The notes beneath the pieces are model-generated. The model made no database searches. It saw only the letters and a list, made by a program, of their open reading frames with translations, and had not been told where the DNA came from. A stretch of DNA of 64,000 nucleotides from Isurus oxyrinchus (lineage: Eukaryota). Made by a program: the position numbers and the translations under genes. Positions 54,289 to 64,000 of this stretch are shown in pieces. Every line of letters begins with the position of its first letter. The first letter of the stretch is position 1. The stretch lies in NCBI GenBank assembly GCA_026770705.1, contig JANJGN010000014.1, positions 70,928,001 through 70,992,000 on the forward strand. The letters are read 5' to 3'.

Positions 54289-54348
54289 AGGGCAGGAGGT
54301 TGGGGGGGGGGGGGGGGGGGTGGGGGGTGGTGAGGGGGTGGTTGGGGG
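54289..54348 (+). repeat. Poly-G / G-rich tract
   Basis: Long G run followed by GGGGGG/GGGGG blocks; similar tracts near 2996-3038, 22138-22162, 24544-24564 (C) and 56109-56130. Confidence 0.85.
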
Positions 54349-57300
54349 AACTCCACGGAGAAAAAAAACTTTAATTTTGGAGAAATTATGGGGAAAAATC
54401 TACTCATGTTCCAATTTACTTTTACACACTCATTAAATATTGTTTGTCATTATTTATAATAATATTTATCCCGCACGACCAAGCAGGAGGTATCGCTGTA
54501 ATCAATATTTATTTACTTTGGTCAGATTGAAATACAGAATTAATGTTGTCTGTATCTACCAATTAGACAGAGATTCGGTGCAGTTAAATCGAGTAACCTG
54601 AGGATAGACCCTAAATTCCACTTCCCAAACTGAAAACATAATAAAAACGTAAATGTTGTTGGTTCGGGAAGTGATAATTGTTTGGCTGCAGAGCAATTTT
54701 CCTAAGATATGAATTCAAATTAAAGATCTGAAAGCCAACAATGTGTTGAATTCCGATCTGTTCGCTCCATTCGCCTCAAACTTGCACACGCACTCATACA
54801 ATGTGACGTCCGGCTGTTATTGGTATAAAGTATGTGACATGGCATTGTTTTAATTAATGGAGTCTAAAACGCAGTGTTGCATTTGTTTATTTGTTGTAAA
54901 ATAAGAATGATAATTAACCTCAAATTAATTCAAAAACTGAAATCTCCTAATTCAACACGGCTGAGTGATTTGGTATGCGGTCCATGATCACGATCCAGCA
55001 GAATAAGGTAAAGTCACACTGAAATGTGGATAGCGTGTCGAGCATTATCCCTACACAATAATTTAAAACGAGAAACCTCTAACTTATGCATTGGTTCATT
55101 TTTAAAATTTCCTTCTTCTTGAATGTAATATTTCCTTTACATAATTAATAAAAACATCATCGCTGTGTGCTCTATTCATAGTTTATAGAACTCGCTTAAG
55201 CATGCGCTGGTTATAATATGACTTTCGTTGTTCCGTATAACAGCTGTAAAGCTTAAATGCACTGGGAATGGGCTCGATGTCATTTCCAAGCATTAACTGT
55301 TATGAAGATACGTACTGGTTCAATCACATTACACTAGTCCATGTGTTAAAAGATCCGGTTCAATACTGTGGCAATGGCTGTAAATACAAAGGGAATTAAA
55401 AGTGTCCTTTGTTCTCATCTCGTGTTCAGATAACCAATTCGACATGTATTAATGCTAAATGCAGACAAATACCTAACAAGTTGTTTAACATCGATGAGGA
55501 AGCAAAGGCTGTTCTGGTATACCAAATAAAGAGTTTTATAGTATATAAATTAGGATCGTTATTCTCTTACATACATGGAGCAAAAGGCGACGCACGGGGA
55601 AAGTTTGTAGGACGTATTTTTTCTTACGCAATTCTTCAAACCGGCGATCTGTTGTTTCACTTTGCCGTTCCAGGCAAAATATCAGAGTCTTCTTTGTGTT
55701 TCTGAACAGCACGCAGCATTAAGTATTTCGAATGTGGAAAAAAAACTCATTAGTCAAGTAAAGTCCACGATCATTAGGTATGTTAGACTTGTGCAATCCA
55801 AAAAGAGACACTAACTTGACCTTAACTTTGTTATGGCGCCCCCAGTATCTGGAGAACATGTACAGACACTGTCTGGCAACTCGACCCATAAAAGTGAGAT
55901 GAAAAAGAGATTCCGAGTGATTTCGACGTAATGTCGGACAAATTTCCAAAGCCCTGGCTTATACCACTACAAATACCATAACTTTGCTACAACCCATGTA
56001 CTTTGGTGCAAGAGTAATTTATTTTAGTCACAATTATGGAACAAATGAATGTAAACAGCCCCTGGGATGATGTAGCCCATTTATTTCCACTCGTTGTATG
56101 ATACGTAAGGGGGGGGGGGGGGGGGGGGGGAATCAGAAATTCAGCACCCAGCTCATGTCTCACCATCCCCAAAACACAGCAAGCAGTTGGAAGAACACAG
56201 CAAAAGTCATTTTCATACGTTTCTAATTCAATCTGAAAGTCATCTCACAACGCCGAAATGCTGGGGTCTGGGTACATTTTTAATTAATGCTTTAACTAGA
56301 ACTATAATCACGCCGATAACGGTAAAATTTTCAATATTAGCCAATGCATGTCTTCATAACATTTCAAAATAAAACTTACATAATCGCGCATTAAAATATT
56401 TAGGACCTTCTAGAGGCCGGTTCCACATCCTTAATTGCCGACGTATTGGTGGCTGTATTTGTTTCGCATTATTTTCTAAGGTGGCGCTTGCGGGCGTGCT
56501 TCTGGTGTTCGGTAGCAGCTCCCTCAGAATCACCCGTCCATACTGCTGACCTACGTGGCGTTTTTATTAAATTACAGCTCTCCTAAAACAAGCTCACCAA
56601 ACTCAATAGCTCCCAATTCCACACTTACGCGAATTCGATCTAACTTTCTAAAAATTGAGCAATGCAAATGACTGCACCTAACCGTTTTCATTGTGTTGGT
56701 TAAAGTACGTGCGATTTCATGCAGAAAATTTACAGCTCTAGTGCAATGGAATTTGATGAAACCTTCCCTTATTTAAATACATATCTTAGGTCTAGTGGCA
56801 AAGGAGGAACCTGCACTTCAGTGTGGCGTAGTTTGTGTTCTTCCTCATAACACCTGCCTTTGTGAAATGCAAAAAAGTCTCGACAATAATAACAACCTTT
56901 CCTTCCATTACCTTCGCCCAAATATCGCAGGAAAGCATACTTCAGTGCAACATCTGGGCTACAGACATCTGCATTTATTTCATGGATATGATACAAACAT
57001 GAAGCCCAGGGACCAGGGACATGAAGAGTTACTTTGACATTAGCAAATAATTGAATGCCAACCTAGAATCAAATTCGTGTCATTAAAATAATTTAAAATG
57101 TGTGTGTGTCTGTGTGTGTGCGCGCATTGTTTGCAGCGCAAGTCGCATTTACATGTCCCGCCTGGGAAAAAAAAATATTCTCTGAATTTCATAACAATGT
57201 TTCAAGTCCTAACAGTCAATGCACATTTTTTGAATCTGGATATATTTAAGGCGCATGAAAGTTTTCTAATGTACCCAAAACCAGTACTGTCGGCAAAATG

Positions 57301-59701
57301 CCCAGAATAAAATATCTAATTACCTTTAATCAGAGAACATTTATTTGCGTTGATTTATTTCAATAAAGTTCCTTAAAAGGTTCATGAAATTGCACGGTGC
57401 ATGTTTAATTAACAGGAGTGCAGACAAATGGCGGGGTTAGAAGTAATGGCTGTTCCTGCCCACCACCCACGTCCTGATTTGCTAGAACGAGAGGCGAAAT
57501 GACTGTAACTCATTCATTCTCGTTTACATCTTCAGCTAACCGCCCAAGCCCAAGCCCAAGTGCAAAGGCTTTCTCCACCAAACCTCATTTTAATAAACAT
57601 AGCATATTCACATCAAGGCATAACTTTACACTTTTAAATGAATTAAAAACCGTTAATTAAAATGAATTAAAATACTTGAAACCGTCAATCAAAAAATGAA
57701 CTAAGTATGCATCGTCATAACAGGAACGTGAAATAATAATGATGAAAAGGGATTGATAGCACTTGACTCTATTCTCTGAAAAAAAAAACGCTATTTCCAA
57801 AGTTCTGACCTGTTCCATGAAGGATATATCCCAATGGCGAATGGAATCGTCGTCAATCTGTATGAAACGAATGAATCAAAGCCGCATTCTGGCTTCAAGT
57901 GAAACAAGTACGTGGAACCCTGCGCCCGGGCCAAACCATATTCAGGTTGCAGCAAAGGATAAATGATTTCTTTTTATTTTATTTCGTAAATGTTTCTTTT
58001 TTTTCTACAATGATCACCTCTTTCTGGAGATTAAGAATGGAAATTATTATCAATTAATAGAAGCTTCTGAAAGAGAGGGGCGGAAAACTATTTTGGTTCA
58101 ATGAAAGTAGGGGCAAGCTATAAGTAAAAAATCATAACGCTCAAACTTAAAGTTAAATGGCATGTTACAGAATCCAAATCCTGCTGAATACAACTAAAAG
58201 AGATGCCCACAGGATGTCCTTATGTATTGTGCGGTTTCTATTGGTGCTCTGGTTTTGCTTTAAGATTAGTGTATAAAAACGCAACTGACGATAAATATTT
58301 GTCTCGTGTAACCTGGATTGAAATGCTGTTATTCTTTATGCTCCAAATTTCCAGAAGGCCGAGAACTTGTACAGTTTAAACACAATTAGATCGGCAAACT
58401 CAGCAAGTTTCCAGATCTCCTATAGGATACTGAGGAAAATTGCACAGTGATTTACCAATATTGTTACAACAATAATGCACTAATCTGCAAACGATTAGTT
58501 ACGAAGCTCTGTCTAAATAACAATTCGAGTCTACCAAATCTCTAACCCATGCATCAGGTGGATATTATGCGTTTTTAATTGAAACTTAATCAGAAATTCG
58601 GCGTTGGCTTAATGTTACTGGAGAGAAACCACTGCAATAAGTTATTTGTAGAAAACATTGGGAGGCATGTTTCTTTATTTTTATTTTGTTCAATGTAGGT
58701 CTTTAAAGGACCCAAGAAAAGTACAATTCCATAACAATTTATCACCCGTGTGTTTATTATTTTAATTTCTGGCACCGTTGTTTATCTATTTTGTTCTATG
58801 CACCGGATTCACGTGCAATTTCACCAAAGCAACTCTGAATTATGAAGCCGAGGTCGCCGCAGCCTTGAAAACAACTCAGCGCCAACGATATAGGGCAGTC
58901 ACAGGAAGTCAATAATACGAGAACCTTCCCGTTCGTCTAATTCAAATCCACACAGACCACTATCACCTATGGTGGGACACGCATTGTTCGCGAAAAACAA
59001 ATGTGATAGTCCGGATAGGTATGCATTCTTATCAGAATTTCGCACACTTTGAATTAATCAATTTTCCAGCTCCAACTTCACATCACATTTACAAAACATG
59101 AGTTGTACATACAAATGAAAAATTGCTTCGTCGCTCATTTTATTAGGACTCAATTTACATAGGTAGAGTGCATGCATAATATTTATATATTTAAGATTTA
59201 AACTCGAATGTTCCATTCTAATTACCTGCTGTACTTACATTCTCAAAATGCAGAATATCTGCTTGTTACTCGAATGAACAGTGATGTGGCAATTTTTTAA
59301 AAAAAATTGAGGAAACAAAACCATTACAAATGTCTCTGAAACTAATAAATGATGATGAGAAGACGCCGGCACGTTATTCACGGACAGCAAAGTACAGGCC
59401 ACAACAAGTCAATTTTGTGCCTTGCGAGAAATTTCCTGCTATAGCAAATGTTCACGAGGTATCCGTAGTTTGCATCTCAGTCCCTGTATGTTGCTGATGT
59501 TTAACTAAGCCAACACGCCATGGACTAGTGGCAGTGGCAATGTAAGGTTAGATTGCTGTTTTATATGACAGCACATCAAAGGAGCACCTATCCATTAAAA
59601 CAATGGATATTCTTGATCTACATGCTTTCTGCAAGCAAGCTTATTTACCGTAAAAAGTTCAACTCACGACCTTGAAACTCACATTTGAACTTTACTTTGG
59701 C

Positions 59702-59940
59702 CTAAAAGAGTGAGAGTGTTTGTTCGCGCATGACGAGCCTTTTCTTTTTCATACGCCGGTTTTGAAACCAGATTTTTACTTGTTGGTCGCTCAGGTTCAG
59801 TCTATCGGACAACTCTTTTCTCTTCTGGCGATTGATAAACTCGTTCGCAAGAAATTCATTTTCAAGTTCAGCTATTTGCTGTTTTGTGTACGGCTTGCGT
59901 TTCCTCCTTGACCTCACTTGGGACGGGCACCAGGGCAGAC
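59702..59940 (-). CDS. hoxd12: HoxD12 exon 2 (homeodomain)
   Basis: Acceptor tttgcAG|; reads [68 protein letters not shown]. Confidence 0.96.
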
Positions 59941-60700
59941 CTGCAAATTGAAATTGAGAGGAAAAAAGGCTGAAGCAATTGAAATATTTCGCCACCCTTT
60001 CCATTCTAGAATCATTTATATTTTCAGCATGCTTTGTTACTTCAGGCAATAGCATTTTTTTTTTAACGTTGCAACATTCATATTGTTCTTTTTAGAACTG
60101 GTGTCGAAACTTCGACAGAGCAATATACTATTTTCTACTTAGCCTTTATAAATTAGAGAAAAAAACATCACTAGTAAATTATTATATTACCCGAGAAGAT
60201 GGTCAAATGACACAAATATTTTTTTTCCAATTAGGCATTCAAGCGTCTTAATATTTTGCAGTCGCTGCATCAGAAATTCGCCAATTCTAAATTCCAACAA
60301 AGGAATCGCCCTGGAAAATTGGCTTCATAATAAAATGGCGACAAATTCAGTAAAGGTCCGATTTCCTCATCATTTAAATGTTAGTTGGAAGTCAGATTGC
60401 AGCGTTTTATGTTGTAATTTTAATGTAAAATTTAATTTAGTTTCAAACCATTTAAGCTATCATTCAAGGACCGCTGGCATGCTTTCGGTTTCATTGTGTT
60501 TATCACGTCCCAATAATTTTTGTAATTACAAGAATTATTTCCCTGCTGGTTCTGAATGCAATAAGCGCAAGGTTTTCAGGATCGCTGTTTGATGTTCAAT
60601 CTATGAAATTCACGTTAAGGTGACAGGTAGCGCGTTTGGAAAGGAGGGATACTGCTCTTTTTCAAATGATGATCGCTTTAATATTGCACTGATACTATAC

Positions 60701-61280
60701 CATCGGAGGATCTGTTGCATACTGGAGTTACTGGTGACTGTAATGACATACTGAGGCTCACACTTTGCTTGATGCCATCATTTACAGTGGGAGAGTTGGA
60801 ATTCAATTCAAAGCCTTGGTTATGTAATGACGAGCCATGCAGAGATGTTTCCACGTTTGGGTACTCGTACTTGGCAGGATTGATGTTGACTGAAGAGGGG
60901 ATGCTGTTATCACTTGGATAAGACTGAGAGTGTCTGCATCTCTCCTCCAGTTTCCGGCTGCTGTCTTGGAAGTAGTATTTGTTAGGCTCTTCGCCGGCTG
61001 CTGCCTTGTCTGATCCATGCTTATTGATGCTGATGGAGACTGAGTTGCTGAGGTAGGACTGAGAGTAGCCGCTAAAGGCGCGGCTCTGCGGCGGCGATGC
61101 GCATGGACTCGAAGTCCACGGGAGCGAGCACACCTCCCTGCGGGTATAGGAGAGTGCTGGCGACAGAGTTGCCAGTTGAGTCCCATTCGGACGCAGGTTG
61201 GCGAAGTAGAAGGGCTCCGGACTGGTAAAATTTAACAGGGAGCCGACATAGCCTGAATTTAGCAGATTGTGCTCGCACAT
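60701..61280 (-). CDS. hoxd12: HoxD12 exon 1
   Basis: MCEHNLLNSGYVGSLLNFTSPEPFYFANLRPNG; donor G|GTATAG at 60700. Spliced product 272 aa. Confidence 0.96.
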
Positions 61281-64000
61281 TTCCGAGGAACGCGATCAGA
61301 TCCTCTCTGTCCCCTATTTAGCTTCCAGACAGAGATAAACGAAAGACGCTCGCTGATTGGCTCCTTGGTGGTCACAAGACAAACGGAAACAGCTTTTTTT
61401 CTGGAACCGCCTCCGTCCCAGTACAACTCACATCTGAAATGTCCAAGTACACGTCCATGTGCACCTTCATCCCACTTAATGGCTGTTAGCCCGACGCAAC
61501 TCGCTGAAGTCAACAGGATGCATATATAGTTCATAAAAAATGTTCTAATGTAATAAATTGGACACAGCTTCAACAGATCTCCGAGCATTTCACATACTGT
61601 AAACGGATGAAACACTCTATTAATCCCACGTTTTTATTAATAAAGCTTCACATATCTGAAATGTTCAAACGTTCCATTGATTCTATCAAATCAATTTCAA
61701 TAATTCCTGAAAGCCTAATAGCTAAAATTGGTACGACGTATAACCCGATAATGCACTATTTTAACTGGTGATAATTCGTAACATATACTTATGTGGAATA
61801 AACATATAACATGCTCATTAAGAATACCATAGAGGTTTTATATTTTAACCTACTCCATTTAGTTATTTATGACCGGATATCTCTGTTGAGTAATAACAAT
61901 CGCTATGCGGAGGACATCTATGTTTAAATCAGGCATGCTGTTTGTGACCTTACTTTAATTCATTTTGGTAAACAAAAAAGGACGAATATGACGGTAAGCG
62001 GCGACAATGTTTCAAAACTAAACACGTGAACATTAGCGCAAATTATCTATGGTGTTTGGAAATGTATTCTGTGCCTAACTAGTTAAGGGACCGTTTAAAA
62101 ATCGAATAAAAAACTAATGCACCAAATGTAGTGCGATCAGATCCTTTGCCCCTTTTCGTACAACGTAAGCGTTCATAAAATTGAACAATGCCCTACATCA
62201 GCATAATAGAAACAATGGTCTTATTCTAATTCTCGCCATTGAATTCAATTGTTTAAGACATTTCTGATAAAAAATTCCAGCAAGTTCATTATATTAAAGT
62301 CTGCTTGCATTATTAGGCAGTAACGAAAACGGGCCCAGTTCTCAGTGCTTCTACATTTGATTTGAATAATGTTGCGCAGTTCTATTGTGTTTAACATGTG
62401 CCGCTGCAAATGGAAATGTTGCGGTTAAATTCTGTTGTGAGTCTGTGTTTACAATACTCACATTTCCGTAACATTCGCTAGGCTGGTGGTAGCCTCCCTT
62501 AACATTTTACATTTCCTAAGATGTCCGTTAGGAGAGAACCACAAACCCTCATTTTATACTTAGAGAATGAAAATGTTGAACCAAAACTGTGAAGTACATA
62601 CCAACATTTGCAACTCTAGTATCAAAGCTAAAATAAACGCACCTCTCATTGATATCTGCTACTCTTTAGAATTTCTAGAAACTTATTTTAAGCCGGATTT
62701 TCAGACCTATTCGCAAGCACCAATTTTGCCAATGATTCAAACATTAACGAGGCTGTAACTAATTTAACATTTAACGTTAACAAAGATATTAAAATGTATC
62801 AATAGCAAATCAAATTGAATGAAGTATCAAACATAATGCGCCTATCTTATTGAATTATGCAACTAACTTTGAGGCTAAATATGACTTTTGATAATTAAAA
62901 CTCACGCGCAGTCCTTAAGGTCACAACACGTCTTATTTCAACTGCAGAAGTGTGATATTTTAAATGTTTTCATTTATACTGTTAATAATTCTTGGTCTAT
63001 AAGTTAACAATTTACTTTGCCCTCGAATATATATATATTTATCTATTTACAATTTGACACGAATTGACCCTTTCAGTTAAAATCATGTGCAGCAAAATCA
63101 AAGCAGATACCGCACCACATCCTCACCGGAAAGAAAAGCGACTGGTCGTCCTCTCGCCCTTTTATGATCTCACGATGCCCTAAAAATGCCGAACCAGTTT
63201 CTTTTGCAAGACTTTAAAATCCAAGCGTAATTGCGAGCAAGGGCGCTTTACCGAAGGTGGGTCCTCAACTAACGCTTTTTGCAAAAACTCGAAATAACTT
63301 CACAAAATGAAACTCCTTAGTTCAAGGTCAATGTCGAATGGGATCAAATCGCCATTTTTTTTAAAGAAATGTTGCTAACTTCGTTTTAGTGCAAAATGTA
63401 CTTTCGAATGAAAAGTCACCCCAGTTAGTAAATTAGTGCCGCAACAGGAAAAATTGAAGCTTTCATTAGAACAATGAATGACATTGGGTGAAGAGTCCAC
63501 ACTTTACAGCTACCATAACAAACGCTGCTTTATTGTTCGTGTTGTTTTCTTAAAGCTCTCATTCGATCACGATCATTATTTCAATACAGTTCCTGAAATT
63601 CTATCGTAACTTATATAAGAATATACTGAAGAAAACTACAATCGAGCGATTTTTATGTTGTATATTTCACAGAAACTAGTAGTAAAGCTAATTCACCTAC
63701 ATTCTTTTGTTTACAATATGACACCAGTGCCGGGTAGTGCTTGGTTATCCGGATGTGAACACAAAATAGATTAACATGTAGAAAATACACTTGCTGTATA
63801 AATTCGTGAAAATACCCTAAATCTAACTGATGTACAATGTTAAACCCCAGATTATTAACAAATTGAACACCGGCATTCGCAAACTTTACATAGTTTGAAT
63901 GGAAATACTTACTTTAGCGCGCTTTTCTTGAAAAGTACGCAATGCTGCTGTCTAAGTCGCTAATGCAACCTTTCAATAAGATCTTGAAAGAAAAAATATT

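Overview
This is a vertebrate Hox cluster, entirely on the minus strand. In window order it contains HoxD4, miR-10b, HoxD5, HoxD8, HoxD9, HoxD10, HoxD11 and HoxD12. Each Hox gene has two exons with phase-1 GT..AG junctions that I reconstructed in frame. The protein signatures are HoxD-type. An intact HoxD5 and shark-type repeat fragments point to a cartilaginous fish, but the species cannot be determined from the sequence. The supplied ORF track splits and mis-starts these spliced genes; most other ORFs are noise. The main finding is in the ~10 kb apparently gene-free gap between HoxD8 and HoxD5, which holds two decayed Hox genes in the correct colinear order and strand. One is a HoxD7 relic (Hox7-type 5'UTR, ATG>GTG, RIY pre-hexapeptide, broken homeobox). 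The other is a HoxD6 relic (promoter, exon 1, splice donor, broken homeobox with CpG-decay codons). Other findings are a near-perfect miR-196 site in the HoxD8 3'UTR, a HoxC11-like N-terminal extension on HoxD11, DR5 RAREs flanking HoxD4, CTCF-like motifs and two copies of a palindromic repeat. All homology statements are by-eye comparisons with remembered family sequences, not computed alignments.
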